IMG/VR virus record: IMGVR_UViG_3300044557_000185
Coordinates: 44,379-108,378 of that record
Strand: one strand, 5' to 3'
DNA length: 64,000 nt
Origin: a virus
Taxonomy: Duplodnaviria > Caudoviricetes
The notes under the pieces are model-generated. The model worked only from the letters and a program-made list of their open reading frames with translations, ran no database searches and had not been told where the DNA came from. Shown here piece by piece: positions 1 through 10,853 of this stretch. The position numbers and the translations under genes are program-made. Position 1 is the stretch's first letter. Each line of letters starts with the position of its first letter.

Positions 1-420
1 TGCTTTTGCTTTCAATATGCAGAACCATGAATCGTAGTCAGCGCTATTAGCATCAGAATGTGCAAAAGCTGCATAATTCGATACGCTTGGATTTCTTATG
101 CCTGCGTAAAGATTCATGACTTTGTCATTCTGATCTTTAGGGCAAGCTGCTGTCAAGACTACGTAGAGATCATCTCCAGAATTGACGCCATTTTCAACGC
201 CCAAAGATATTCTCGGAGGTATTTCTGCTATGACGTCAACAGATTTGTCTGCAAAAGTGTCTTTGAATTTTGGCGTATATGATATGTCTATAGCAAACTG
301 ATTGTCGTTGACATTATTGTCTACAGCGTTAAAAAGATAAAGATTACTATTTATAGAGCAATTGACTGCTTTCAATCTATCTGATTTTGGAAGTATGACA
401 TGCATATTTTTTGCGTCCAT
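1..420 (-). CDS. hypothetical protein, runs off the window edge
   Basis: Open frame from ATG at 420 (MDAKNMHVILPKSDRLK...) to position 1 with no stop; not in the ORF track. Confidence 0.7.
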   Translation of the reverse strand, partial: MDAKNMHVILPKSDRLKAVNCSINSNLYLFNAVDNNVNDNQFAIDISYTPKFKDTFADKSVDVIAEIPPRISLGVENGVNSGDDLYVVLTAACPKDQNDKVMNLYAGIRNPSVSNYAAFAHSDANSADYDSWFCILKAKA

Positions 421-601
421 TTCTATATGTATATATCTTAATATCGATTATATCATGCAAGTGCTACTAGCAATCACAATGTATAATCTGCATATACAAG
501 AAGTACACGGCTTCATACACCTGCATAAACTACATGCAGCGTGATAATGCAAAGTACGTGCTTGTAGCTGACTACTTGCATGTACTACATGCCATTCATA
601 T

Positions 602-1065
602 CTACGCTGGCGCATCACTCGATTGAAACGCGTACATTGGCCTTTGATGATATATACTCATGAATAAAATACTTTGTTGTATGTTTGCTTCAGGGATACC
701 GTTTTGATTGCAGACGTTAGCATAGTTATTGTAGTCGCCGTCCCATGTGGCTTGCTGGAACTGGTGGTTTTCGTCGCGCTGTGACCACGCGGCCCAAGCG
801 TTAGCGTCTACGTCTGTTACGTAGCATCCGTTCCAGGCGTACGAATTGTTTTCCACTGCCGTCGCCAGCGAGGGCGTGGCGGCTTTGAATGCCGCCCACC
901 CTGTTGGGTCGCTGGTTCTGCCGAGATTAAGTAGGTTGTATGCTAGTGTGCCGTACAATTGCATCATGCCAAGCGTAATTAGGCGCCGCGATTGACAGCA
1001 GACCAATTATGGTTAGATTCGACTTGTCCAATAACGTACATGGCGTAGAGCGATCGATTAGGAAT
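602..1065 (-). pseudogene. decayed, truncated podovirus-type tail-associated lysin gene
   Basis: ATT-CCT-AAT start remnant, NRSLYAMYVIGQVESNHNWSAVN, stop/frameshift near 980, continues ITLGMMQLYG...MSIYHQRP in another frame; locally higher GC. Confidence 0.65.
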
Positions 1066-1182
1066 GATTGACTAGAGCGCCACTCCGTCTTTTGTCGTCA
1101 CTGCAACGTTGTCCGTCGTGGGCGGCGGCTCAGGCCAAGCAGAAATCGGTACGACTAAGCACAGTTAGTCGGCGTGCAATCT

Positions 1183-2835
1183 TTAATATATGTTTATTTC
1201 TGATCCTGGAACGTATGAATCTGTGTATAGTGATGGCAGAGTTAAAACTGTAGATGTTGACATTGAATCTATAATTTTCATTCCAACTGTACTATAACTG
1301 AAATCAGTATCGCTTGTATTTTTTATATACATGTAATGCCTTTTATTCTTTAAAAATGTGCCAATTTTCATTCCTGTTACACCATTTATAACATTGACAC
1401 TTTTTATAATGTCACTTACAATTGCAGTAAAAGTCAGGTTGCTTAATACAATTTTTAGTGTTGCTTCTCCAGCATATGCTTCTGTATGCCCGATTACATA
1501 AGTTGATCCAGCATTTATGTTATTGGCTACGCTAGATATTATGCTTGAATCGCCTATAATTGATTGCTGTAGATTTGAAACATCATCATAATTTGTTTTG
1601 TTATTGATATAATCAATTATTAATTTGTTTGGCTCCAAAAATCCACTTGCGGGTATTATTGTATCAGCTACAACATAATTAATTTTTGTACTATCAGTGC
1701 AATTAAGCTGGTATCCTATGTTTCCTACTGATTTTAGTTTGCTATTTGCGCCAATATTATATATTACTGTTGCCATGTTGTTAGGCGCTTGCGAGTATAT
1801 CCAATTACCTGTAACTGATATTTCAGCTGCGTTATTCGCATTAGTGTGAATAAGTGTGTTCCATGAGTCGAAATAATTTCCGCTGGCCGAAACTATGGCA
1901 GTCCAAGTCATGCTACCGCATTCTATTGCAGTATATATGACATTATCTTTCCGCGTACCACTCCATAGATAATTACCATACATTAATATGGCACCATTAG
2001 CTAGTACACCTGTGCTAGCTTGGAAAATTTTATTACCAATAATTTGCGAATCCGCACCAATAGAAATTGCTGTCCTAGGCGTGTCCGGATTGTAGGACGT
2101 TTGCAAAATGTAATTACCAGCAATATATGAAGAATGCGATGATGGTACATTTATGCCAATAGTGAGATAATCGTATATACTAGTATTTATAACTCGCGTA
2201 GTGCCATTAATAGTTGTTATTGCGCTATTTGCAAGATTATTGCAATTGTATAATCCGCCATTAAATTCTAATTTTTGTGCGTGCCAGTCTGCGGGAGTAC
2301 CTATTTCGGTGAATATGCTAGACATAGCAGAGTTTGCTATAAATTCAGCGCCAATGTCAGCATTTATTGAAAACTTTGTACGTTTTGTGGAATCTATTGT
2401 TATTGATTCTGATATTATATATTTCCTAGCCGGGAAATACAATCCGTTTACATTCGTATCATTTATTGCTGTCTGGATTATATCAGTAACATCTATAGTG
2501 TCATCATTATTAACAATGTAATGCATTATGTTTCCAAGTAATCCATTATTTGCTATTTCACCCAAATCTGTTACGTTATCTTTCAGACTTGAAACCGAAT
2601 CAGCATACCGTTGCACATCATTGCGGTACTGCTCAATTTGCGCGTTGTAATTCCCGGTTTCCGCCCAATAAGCGGCGCTATTGATATCAATTCCAGCTGG
2701 CACTGCTTGCTTTGACGTATACGAATTGCCCTGATTAGTCACGATTGTCAAAGCTTCGTACGCTTTTGTATTGTCCCATTCTGCAGGATCAGCGAACTTT
2801 GGAACGTATCTGTCGCCAATGTATTCTACAGCCAT
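1183..2835 (-). CDS. tail spike / receptor-binding protein (beta-helix depolymerase-like)
   Basis: N-terminal YIGDRYVPKFADPAEWD...WAETGNYNAQIEQYR anchor, then DVTDIIQTAIN...LYFPARKYII pectate-lyase-3-like start and Asn/Ile-rich beta-helix. Confidence 0.8.
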   Translation of the reverse strand: MAVEYIGDRYVPKFADPAEWDNTKAYEALTIVTNQGNSYTSKQAVPAGIDINSAAYWAETGNYNAQIEQYRNDVQRYADSVSSLKDNVTDLGEIANNGLLGNIMHYIVNNDDTIDVTDIIQTAINDTNVNGLYFPARKYIISESITIDSTKRTKFSINADIGAEFIANSAMSSIFTEIGTPADWHAQKLEFNGGLYNCNNLANSAITTINGTTRVINTSIYDYLTIGINVPSSHSSYIAGNYILQTSYNPDTPRTAISIGADSQIIGNKIFQASTGVLANGAILMYGNYLWSGTRKDNVIYTAIECGSMTWTAIVSASGNYFDSWNTLIHTNANNAAEISVTGNWIYSQAPNNMATVIYNIGANSKLKSVGNIGYQLNCTDSTKINYVVADTIIPASGFLEPNKLIIDYINNKTNYDDVSNLQQSIIGDSSIISSVANNINAGSTYVIGHTEAYAGEATLKIVLSNLTFTAIVSDIIKSVNVINGVTGMKIGTFLKNKRHYMYIKNTSDTDFSYSTVGMKIIDSMSTSTVLTLPSLYTDSYVPGSEINIY

Positions 2836-2836
2836 T

Positions 2837-5422
2837 TCATTCTCCTATCTTATTGATTGTAAGCTTGCCAAAGTCTTGACTAGAGCTGTCAGATACTGTG
2901 CTGAAATCATATCCGTCATATCCAGTTATTTCGAATTGCATTCTGCCATCATCATTTATCTTAGCTCTTACATATCCTATTTCATTGAATTGATACGGAT
3001 TGCTTTGTACTAATTCAGCATATACTTCATCTCCATCAAAACCTGCTATGCTGCTATCAAGAGCTTCTGAAACTCTAGAGCTAGAAGACAGAAACAGCTC
3101 TTTGACATATACCATGCAGCTTGCAGATGAATCATTCTGCAAGAAGTCGAAGTCGATCTTCACCCATCCATCATTTGAGACATTTCCAGAAAGATCTACA
3201 AGCTTACAGTTCGTATTCAAGCTAATGCTGTCTGTCTTGATAGTATTAGCATTAGAATCATTTCCAGCTTGAATAGACACAGTTCCCGTACATGGAGAAG
3301 TAGACATGATACTGCATAGCAATCTGATCGAATCATTTGCATTGACTGGCATTATGCGAGATATAGCATCAAAATTCGTAGCAGAAAGACTTCCTCCATA
3401 TGAGAATCCAAAGCTTTTAGTCTTGTTCGTTGGCATTACTACTACACTGTTCGATACTGATACTGACGAATTAGCATGTGATTTCAGGAACTGTATCGTC
3501 TTAGGCTTAGGAGATGGTATAAGATTGATCAGGTCTTCACTGTTAGCTTTCACTGTCACTTTGACTTGAGATGACCACGGACTGAAGTTGTCATTCAATG
3601 ACTTAGTCTGAATTCTGATATAGTTGTCACCCACTGAATGAAACGCATACATGAAGCTGCTGACAGACGCATAGTCTTCATTGAACTGCAATGCATATAC
3701 TTTGCTACCATCAGTGACTTCTATTTTGCTTACTTCATTGTTTGTGCCGTCTGTGATGTTTGGCGTCCATGATATTGTGACTATGTCTCCAAAATTGACA
3801 GTACTATTGCTTATTGCTACAGTTGGAGCTGCTGGAGGCGTGCTTGTGACTGCTATATTAGATATCGTATAGTCTGAAGTCATGACAGATGAAAGACTGT
3901 CATCTACTACTGGCCTTACAGCAGCTGCTCTGTATCGTATGCTGCCAATCAGGTGAGATGTGTCAACCCAAGAGCCAGATATGTTAGACGCTACTCTAGA
4001 CCAGTTATCGCCATCTATTGTTCTGTCGATATTGATCAAACTTGCATTTGACGACGAAATGTTAGCAGAGACAGTCGCATTCTTGCTAGCATCTATGCTT
4101 GCTGTGACAGCTATTGGTTTCGCAGGAAAGTTAGATATGATGCTAGAAACAGTATCGGAACTAGTTCCAGCGTCATTCGATACATTCAGCTTGTACTGAT
4201 ATCTAGCATTCGGATCATGACTAGAATCTGTGAATGAAGTATTTGATGCTGATGCAGAGTAGATAAGCTTCCAATCAGAAAATGACGACTTGCCTATCGA
4301 CTCTTTGCTATAAAGACTAACGTTATCCCATGGAGCAGACACTGAGCTAGATGAAGACCATGATATCGTAATAGAGTCTTCATCGTTCTTGACTGCTTTG
4401 AAGCTAGCAGGAGGATTTGGTGGCAGTATAGCCTGAATCTCTTCAGTTGAAGACCACGGTGAATAAAGCGCTGGACCAGCATCTGAGTATGTATTCCTGA
4501 AGCATCTGACTTGATACTGTACTTTGCCTGCTGGAGCGCTAGAGTCTGTATACGACGAGCCCGAGATATTGCTGCTTACAGATGACCAGTCTCCACCATT
4601 CAGTCGTCTTTGCAGCTGCCATTGCGAGCAGTACGTGTTTGAAAGATCGACAGATACCTTTACTGAATTGTAAGAAAGCTTAGTAGCAGAAACTGACGCT
4701 GGAGCATATGGTGTAGTATAGACTTCTCTTGTATTGACATGAGTAGACGCTCCAGCTTGATTGACAGCGTATATAGAGAACTGAGACTTCTGATTAGCTC
4801 TGAAGCCATTGAATTTGTACGATGTAGCAGACCATGTCAATGTCTGCTCTGGATAGCCAGGTCTGCTGTTCCAAGCTCCGTAGTCATTTCCATCAGAGCC
4901 AGCCCTAGAGCCTACTCTTATGCTTTTCCATGGTTTGAGAGCATTATTGTCATAATTGAGAGACCATGTAAGCGTAGATGCAGAATCATCATTCCTATTG
5001 ATATGAACATTTGTTGGCGGATTTGGTGTCTTGTAGTTTATGCCACCAAGCGTGAAGAAAGCGTGATTGCCAGAAAATCCGTTTGCATAGCCTCCGTTCA
5101 TCCTTACGAAAGCATCTACCATTATGCTTCTAGAATTGTCAGTCTTCTTTATGTAGAAATCATGCGAAAGCATTGTAAGCGTGCCACCATTGCCGCCTAC
5201 TTGTATCGAGCCGACACCTACTTCTCCAGTATCTTGGCCATCGCATGATACATGAGCAGAATTGCCATACGATACTGAAAACGAGTATGAAGCCTGCCAC
5301 AAAGCTTGCACTCTAACCCACATGCCAGTGTCAGATTCTGATAGCGTCTGAGCATGCACACCAGCGCGCCAAGCGCTATATCCACTAGAAGTATATCCAC
5401 CCCATACGCCTACCTCAGCCAT
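2837..5422 (-). CDS. minor tail protein with multiple fibronectin type III repeats
   Basis: Repeated PxPP...LTW/ISW...Y.F/Y.V FN3 patterns; Ser/Thr rich; tail-fibre region. Confidence 0.75.
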   Translation of the reverse strand: MAEVGVWGGYTSSGYSAWRAGVHAQTLSESDTGMWVRVQALWQASYSFSVSYGNSAHVSCDGQDTGEVGVGSIQVGGNGGTLTMLSHDFYIKKTDNSRSIMVDAFVRMNGGYANGFSGNHAFFTLGGINYKTPNPPTNVHINRNDDSASTLTWSLNYDNNALKPWKSIRVGSRAGSDGNDYGAWNSRPGYPEQTLTWSATSYKFNGFRANQKSQFSIYAVNQAGASTHVNTREVYTTPYAPASVSATKLSYNSVKVSVDLSNTYCSQWQLQRRLNGGDWSSVSSNISGSSYTDSSAPAGKVQYQVRCFRNTYSDAGPALYSPWSSTEEIQAILPPNPPASFKAVKNDEDSITISWSSSSSVSAPWDNVSLYSKESIGKSSFSDWKLIYSASASNTSFTDSSHDPNARYQYKLNVSNDAGTSSDTVSSIISNFPAKPIAVTASIDASKNATVSANISSSNASLINIDRTIDGDNWSRVASNISGSWVDTSHLIGSIRYRAAAVRPVVDDSLSSVMTSDYTISNIAVTSTPPAAPTVAISNSTVNFGDIVTISWTPNITDGTNNEVSKIEVTDGSKVYALQFNEDYASVSSFMYAFHSVGDNYIRIQTKSLNDNFSPWSSQVKVTVKANSEDLINLIPSPKPKTIQFLKSHANSSVSVSNSVVVMPTNKTKSFGFSYGGSLSATNFDAISRIMPVNANDSIRLLCSIMSTSPCTGTVSIQAGNDSNANTIKTDSISLNTNCKLVDLSGNVSNDGWVKIDFDFLQNDSSASCMVYVKELFLSSSSRVSEALDSSIAGFDGDEVYAELVQSNPYQFNEIGYVRAKINDDGRMQFEITGYDGYDFSTVSDSSSQDFGKLTINKIGE

Positions 5423-5437
5423 GATTTTGCCTCTATT

Positions 5438-5914
5438 CTATGCAACGGTAGGTACAGCTTCAGGAGCTCTATCAAGTTCATATCTATTGCCATTGATGTA
5501 CGTCACATATAATGCTTTCAGATCTTGCCAGTCTGCTTGAGTGCACAATATGATATCTGTAAACTCTACAGCATCGCCTGCTGTATTACCAGACTTGATT
5601 GAGATTCTATCAACATTGCCTGTAAAATCGATATCGAACTCTCCTCCTGCGAAAGTATTTGATATACCAAATTTGTCTGACCAAATATATAGATCTGGTT
5701 TTGTAGTGACTTTGACGAAATTGACATTACAATGGAAATGATAGCTTGCACTTGGAAGATTCAAAGTTATGTTGTTGTCAGGAGACGAAGTATTCGTGAC
5801 TAGCGTGTCTATATGATAGCCACGATCTATATCTGAAACTTTCGTATTAGAAGTAGACGATACAGATGCTGCAAGTGGATTAGTGAATAGATTAGTGTAA
5901 GTCTTCTGCATCAT
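5438..5914 (-). CDS. tail-fibre accessory protein (beta-sandwich-like)
   Basis: 158-aa ORF coupled to the fibre gene; TNLFTNP start. Confidence 0.55.
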   Translation of the reverse strand: MMQKTYTNLFTNPLAASVSSTSNTKVSDIDRGYHIDTLVTNTSSPDNNITLNLPSASYHFHCNVNFVKVTTKPDLYIWSDKFGISNTFAGGEFDIDFTGNVDRISIKSGNTAGDAVEFTDIILCTQADWQDLKALYVTYINGNRYELDRAPEAVPTVA

Positions 5915-7863
5915 ATCACCTGATACTGAACTGTAAGAGTGCTTGCAGATGCATTAGCTGCACCTGTCCATGCTGTAGCAAATGGAGTTGTAGCATCGAC
6001 TTCATATGATTCCAATCCTCTGCCTATTGACAGCTCGTTCTCTTTCATAGCTATAGAGTCATCACCAAGAGCTATGGAATGCTTGTATCCTGAATATCCA
6101 CCAATAGAGCTTGTCTTGGCGACATGACGTTCATTGCCATCTTCATCCTGGACGATGTCATATTCTATGAAGCCAGGCGCTTTTTCTGTCAGCTCTATTC
6201 TACCCCATATGCATTGTGCAGATTCTGCATTCAAGAACTGATTAGTATCGTTCTCAGGAGTATTCAAGTATATCGTGTAGACGTAATGAGCATCGTATTC
6301 CGTAGAAAGCTTATTGTCTATGAAACCTTGAGATTGCGATGCATTTTCTATGCCAAGCCATGAAGTGTAGATTGTCTGACCAGATTCAGTACGTACCTCT
6401 CTGACTTTGAATGGAGATCTAGCTAATACGAATGTTCCTACAGATGTGCCTATGATAGATCGTATTGGATCATTAGCTTTTCCAGAACCTTTTATAGTGA
6501 CGCCATCGACAGCAATAGCCATATTGCCAGAAAGAGTGTCAATGTAGTGCTTGTTGACAGCATCGAAGTCATCTGACGGATCATTGACATTTGACAAGCG
6601 ACGTCTCAATGACGTGGAAGCATCACCAAATGACACTTGAAGAGGATCTGTCGTCTTTGATTCATTGCCAATAGCTACTGAATTCTGACTTGCTGCAGCG
6701 TCTTTTCCTATAGCTACTGAATCAGTTGCAGATGCATTGTCTCCTATTGCTGTTCCATTGCTAGCATTGACTCCAGATCCGAAAGCTACTGAGCCAGAAG
6801 CTGTTATGTTCGAGCCTACAGCTGTAGAGTTAGAAGTATTTGAGTCTGTTCCTGCCAGTATGTTGACGAACTGCTTGTTAGCTGCAGCTAATGCAGATTC
6901 TTTAGCTAAAGCATAAGTAGTCATTGCTATGCCGCTAGCAGACAATGGCGAGTTAGTTATAGACGTCTCGTCTACAGCTTTCCAGTCTACTTTTCTATTA
7001 GCGTAGTCTGTAAGATTTGCATTCAGAGTCTCTATGTCTGAAGCGTTCTTAGATACAGATGTGTTCAGATCGCTAAGCTTCTGATTTGATGATACTGTCT
7101 GTCCATTGCTGAATACAGCAAGATCACCATCAGCTGCAGAAGAGTCTTTGTCTTGCTTCTTAGCGTAGTTAGTCTGAAGCACAGACACTGCTTTATTCAG
7201 AGTATCTAAGTCTGTCTGCTTAGCAAGAGTAGATATGGCGATCATCGTCTGATTGCCGTTGTCGTCTGTAGCATACATTGAATTCTGAGAGCTAGACAGA
7301 TGCAGCACTTCGCTGTCTTTAGCTATGTTGGCAAGATTGACTACGCCATCAGATATCGGCACAGCAATGCCACCAACTTGTATCTGCTGCACTCCCTTTA
7401 GTGAAGCTATGTCATATACAGTTTGCTTGCCATTAGCATCTGTGCCGTAGATCATGTTAGCCATGTCAGTAGTGACAAGCATAGAAGTCATGTTTATGAC
7501 AGCCACATTGTTCTTGACTACAGAAGCGCCATTGACTACTACATCTGCTACAGCATTAGCATTGCCGTACTGGAATACGATAGCATTAGAAGCTTGACCG
7601 CCATCTGTAGATGGATTGACTACAAATACGCTGAATGGCGGAGTGAATGTTATAGGGTCTGCTACGATTATGTCAGATGCTTCTCTAGTCACTGACCTTA
7701 CTGCAAGTTGCTCTAGCTTGTCATCGACTGAAACGAATACTTGCGCATCGTCATCAAATCCTGAGCCTACAAGAGAGCACACTTCTGCGCCAAGTATGAC
7801 AGACATTAGTCTCAGACCATTGTCATACTGCAATGGTCTTATGTATGTCGTATCACTAGCCAT
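5911..7863 (-). CDS. tail fibre with YadA-like head and neck motifs
   Basis: Repeats STAVGS/SVAFGS/GTAIGD/SVAIGK/SVAIGN, then VSFG...RRLSNV...DAVN; coiled coil. Confidence 0.7.
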   Translation of the reverse strand: MASDTTYIRPLQYDNGLRLMSVILGAEVCSLVGSGFDDDAQVFVSVDDKLEQLAVRSVTREASDIIVADPITFTPPFSVFVVNPSTDGGQASNAIVFQYGNANAVADVVVNGASVVKNNVAVINMTSMLVTTDMANMIYGTDANGKQTVYDIASLKGVQQIQVGGIAVPISDGVVNLANIAKDSEVLHLSSSQNSMYATDDNGNQTMIAISTLAKQTDLDTLNKAVSVLQTNYAKKQDKDSSAADGDLAVFSNGQTVSSNQKLSDLNTSVSKNASDIETLNANLTDYANRKVDWKAVDETSITNSPLSASGIAMTTYALAKESALAAANKQFVNILAGTDSNTSNSTAVGSNITASGSVAFGSGVNASNGTAIGDNASATDSVAIGKDAAASQNSVAIGNESKTTDPLQVSFGDASTSLRRRLSNVNDPSDDFDAVNKHYIDTLSGNMAIAVDGVTIKGSGKANDPIRSIIGTSVGTFVLARSPFKVREVRTESGQTIYTSWLGIENASQSQGFIDNKLSTEYDAHYVYTIYLNTPENDTNQFLNAESAQCIWGRIELTEKAPGFIEYDIVQDEDGNERHVAKTSSIGGYSGYKHSIALGDDSIAMKENELSIGRGLESYEVDATTPFATAWTGAANASASTLTVQYQVI

Positions 7864-7943
7864 TTGATTCTGTCACCTTTTTGTGTTTGCCATCTTTATA
7901 TGATTATATCAAAGATATGTTTTGATTGCAGTAGTAGTCGATA

Positions 7944-8067
7944 TTAATGACGTTGTTCTCTGTTGATACAAAATTTTAGTATATATAATTATATACATTC
8001 TATACTAGATGTTCACAGAGATAAACGTGATGATTCTGATGATATACTGAATGACATTCTAATATCA
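7944..8067 (+). repeat. dispersed intergenic palindrome, copy 1
   Basis: GACGTTGTTCTCT...TATATAATTATATA...AGAGATAAACGTG plus ATTCTGATGATATACTGAATG tail. Confidence 0.9.
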
Positions 8068-8337
8068 TTATCTATCATTCTCTACTTCTTTTAGTCTAGA
8101 GTCTATTCTGTCTATAGACTTAGACATAGAATCGATCTTGCCATTCATTAGTATAAGCATGTCTGTCATAAGACTAACTTGCTTCTCTTCATCAATATCA
8201 GAATCGTCTTTTTCATGCCATTTGTAGCTATGCTTCGGAACGTCTCTGTTTTGCTTGCTAGACCATACTGAAAGAAAAGAGAATATTGCTGTTACTAAAG
8301 CTGTCAGCAAAGAAGATGACAATATAGTCTGCATCAT
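8068..8337 (-). CDS. small membrane protein, holin-like
   Basis: N-terminal TM helix and C-terminal coiled coil. Confidence 0.5.
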   Translation of the reverse strand: MMQTILSSSLLTALVTAIFSFLSVWSSKQNRDVPKHSYKWHEKDDSDIDEEKQVSLMTDMLILMNGKIDSMSKSIDRIDSRLKEVENDR

Positions 8338-8774
8338 TTTTGTCTTGCTTTCTTTATAGCTATAGCTTCATTTACTTTCTTGACATCGCACAATCTATCA
8401 AAGCCAAGAGAAGCAAAATTAGCTGAAACAACAAGATAGTAAGATGCACGTATCAATTCATCTTGACTAGTCAAAGTAAGACATGCTAGAACGAAATCTA
8501 TAGCTGTAAGAATAGAAAGAGATATCAGAAATATAGCTTCGACATTCTTGATCTGTGTAAGCTCTGAAAATAGCACGCATATACACAAAACTACTAAAGC
8601 AAGTGATACTATATTTCTGTGAGTGTATGTTTCATATGGCTGAAGCAATCTCTCAGTAGTGATAACTCCAAAGAATACGACTGTGAAGTATGTGAAGAAC
8701 TTTCTGAAGAACAGCAAAAGCGATACTTTCTCTTTTTCTGTCTTATCTTTATTAGTACGAGATGCTCGTTTCAT
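8334..8774 (-). CDS. multi-pass membrane protein (possible holin)
   Basis: About 4 hydrophobic helices; likely start MKRASR at 8774. Confidence 0.55.
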   Translation of the reverse strand: MKRASRTNKDKTEKEKVSLLLFFRKFFTYFTVVFFGVITTERLLQPYETYTHRNIVSLALVVLCICVLFSELTQIKNVEAIFLISLSILTAIDFVLACLTLTSQDELIRASYYLVVSANFASLGFDRLCDVKKVNEAIAIKKARQK

Positions 8775-8784
8775 AGCATCAACT

Positions 8785-9390
8785 CTATTCTGAATCTGGT
8801 CTGATGTCAATGTCATCAATTGTGAAGAAGTCTGATGTGTCAATTCTTGCTGCAAAATTGATGATGCTGTTGAAGGAGATGTAGTTTGTGTATACATAAG
8901 TATCACTGTCCCAAGGTATGCCTTTTGATACTGAATCTGAACCGATTTGCAAGCTAGTCGTATCGATGTCTATCTTAGCGCCTGAAGCTTTATGCAAATA
9001 TGACATAAGCACTGAGCTATTAGGTCTAAGATGAGAGAACATTATGATATTGATGTAAGCATCAATAAGTCTGTTTCTTTGCTGAGACGATAATGCGTAG
9101 ACATAGACCGAGCATGAAGCTTTGCATTTTCCATCTTGAACAGGCATGCCATTGTAGTCTTCATGCCATCTGCCTACATTGGCCTGTTGTATCTCTGATA
9201 TGTTTGCTGCGACTCTTACGAATGGGAACTCGGTCTTGACTTGAGGGAATTCCGGATACGTGTTCTTGTCTTCGTCAAGCTGGTCTAAAGCAGGATCTAG
9301 CTCATGCCACAGAGATGGCTTGATCGATTCTCTCAGACCAAGCACGAAAGCGTTCTTGATTGAAGTCGTCAAGCCATCTGTCATATTCAT
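8785..9390 (-). CDS. tail terminator / head-tail completion protein
   Basis: YPEFP...FPFVRV and VYALSSQQRNRLID patterns; adjacent to sheath. Confidence 0.55.
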   Translation of the reverse strand: MNMTDGLTTSIKNAFVLGLRESIKPSLWHELDPALDQLDEDKNTYPEFPQVKTEFPFVRVAANISEIQQANVGRWHEDYNGMPVQDGKCKASCSVYVYALSSQQRNRLIDAYINIIMFSHLRPNSSVLMSYLHKASGAKIDIDTTSLQIGSDSVSKGIPWDSDTYVYTNYISFNSIINFAARIDTSDFFTIDDIDIRPDSE

Positions 9391-9513
9391 ATCCTATCTT
9401 TATACTCAGTATATACTCAGAATTATCACGTTTATCTCTGTGAACATAGCATATCATGTCTATATAATTATATATACTCAAAAATCTAAGTTAACAGAGA
9501 ACAACGTCGTAAT
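9391..9513 (-). repeat. dispersed intergenic palindrome, copy 2 (inverted)
   Basis: CACGTTTATCTCTG...TATATAATTATATA (9461-9474)...CAGAGAACAACGTC; fills the intergenic gap. Confidence 0.9.
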
Positions 9514-10833
9514 TCACTCAGAATCTACTGAGAATGTGACATATATCCAGTCGATAGATGCAAGCCACTTGTACTTGAATTCTACGTCTATCGTGCCAGG
9601 AGAGCCTGCTCTGTTAGTCACAGACACGTCTGAGAAGTCTGCTATTATCTGCTGAGACTGCTGCTGAGTAAGAATCATGTCCACTTTAGCAGACATTTCA
9701 GACAGAATGACTGCTGTAGACGGCAATCCTACGTATATGTCTAGAGCAGTTCTCATTATTCTGATGATAGACTGCCTTACAGCGCCATAAGACCATTCTA
9801 CGATGCTGGACTGAGTAGTAGCTATGCCATGGCGTATTCTCATCGACGAATTCGACTTCTCGATGACTGTGCAGCCGGATGCTGCAAGAGTGTTCTTCTC
9901 TTCATACAGGAAGTTCTGGACTCCATAGAAGCCATACACATTGCTTCTTGTCAGAGACTCCCATACTTGAGACTGCATGATAAGGCCGCATACTGCTGCT
10001 GAGAACAACCAGCCTGGAGCATTTACTGGATTGCTGGAAGACGATGGCAGAATGCTTGCGATATTGTTCGGTATGAACATTATGTCATCGTTGTTCAGAT
10101 TCCTTGCGAAATTGCATAGCTGGTCTACGGAATATGTAGAAGATGTGCCGTCTAAAGCGAACACTCCTCGTCTTTCAAGAGCGTTAGAATTGCACCAAGC
10201 TACATGAGCAGCTACAAGAGACATCTCGTCAGCAGAAAGACCAGCGAAAGTGACAAGAGTCACGTCTTCCTGTATCTTTAGGCTTTCAAGAGCGCTCTGC
10301 AAAGTATTGCCTGGATTGTTGTCTGCAGCGGCGATGACTGGTACTATGCATATAGAAGTAGCGCCATTGTCAAAAGCGAAGTCTGCTGCAGCTGAAGCTG
10401 CAGACACTACATTGCCATTGTCATCGAAGCCAGTGCCATAGAATGCTTCCACAGACTGTTTAGAGAACCATCTCAATGGCTCGAAGAAGTTGTCTGGCAG
10501 CCATGCGTAGCTTATCGATATCGGCTGAGTTGATATGTCTGCATTAGTTATCGTTATAGAGAAGTTCGACAGATCTTCTGACTGAGCTACAGTGTAGTCA
10601 GTGTCTTTGACTAGAGCTGTGCCATCTTGAGAAGCAAGAGATACTTTGCTAAGAATAAGATTCTTGGCGTAGATAGTGACTGTGGAGCCATTCGAAAGCA
10701 GTCTTGTAGTAGTAGTAGACGGATAGTCTGCAAGCTTTGCGATCAATGCCATAGTGCTTGGCTGCACAAAAGCTGTAGAGCCATTAGATACTGCAGGTGC
10801 ATTGACTATTACTGAAGGTGGTATGTATGCCAT
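9514..10833 (-). CDS. tail sheath protein
   Basis: MAYIPPSV start, AFDNGA, IRHGIATT, C-terminal IDVEFKYKWLASIDWIYVTF. Confidence 0.85.
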   Translation of the reverse strand: MAYIPPSVIVNAPAVSNGSTAFVQPSTMALIAKLADYPSTTTTRLLSNGSTVTIYAKNLILSKVSLASQDGTALVKDTDYTVAQSEDLSNFSITITNADISTQPISISYAWLPDNFFEPLRWFSKQSVEAFYGTGFDDNGNVVSAASAAADFAFDNGATSICIVPVIAAADNNPGNTLQSALESLKIQEDVTLVTFAGLSADEMSLVAAHVAWCNSNALERRGVFALDGTSSTYSVDQLCNFARNLNNDDIMFIPNNIASILPSSSSNPVNAPGWLFSAAVCGLIMQSQVWESLTRSNVYGFYGVQNFLYEEKNTLAASGCTVIEKSNSSMRIRHGIATTQSSIVEWSYGAVRQSIIRIMRTALDIYVGLPSTAVILSEMSAKVDMILTQQQSQQIIADFSDVSVTNRAGSPGTIDVEFKYKWLASIDWIYVTFSVDSE

Positions 10834-10853
10834 TAGTAATTAGCCCCTTCTTT

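Noticed and set aside
452-585. Imperfect inverted repeat CATGCAAGTGCTAC...GTAGCTGACTACTTGCATG
   Set aside because: Single copy with weak pairing; no function can be supported.
1183-7863. Diversity-generating retroelement acting on fibres
   Set aside because: No reverse transcriptase and no TR/VR pair seen.
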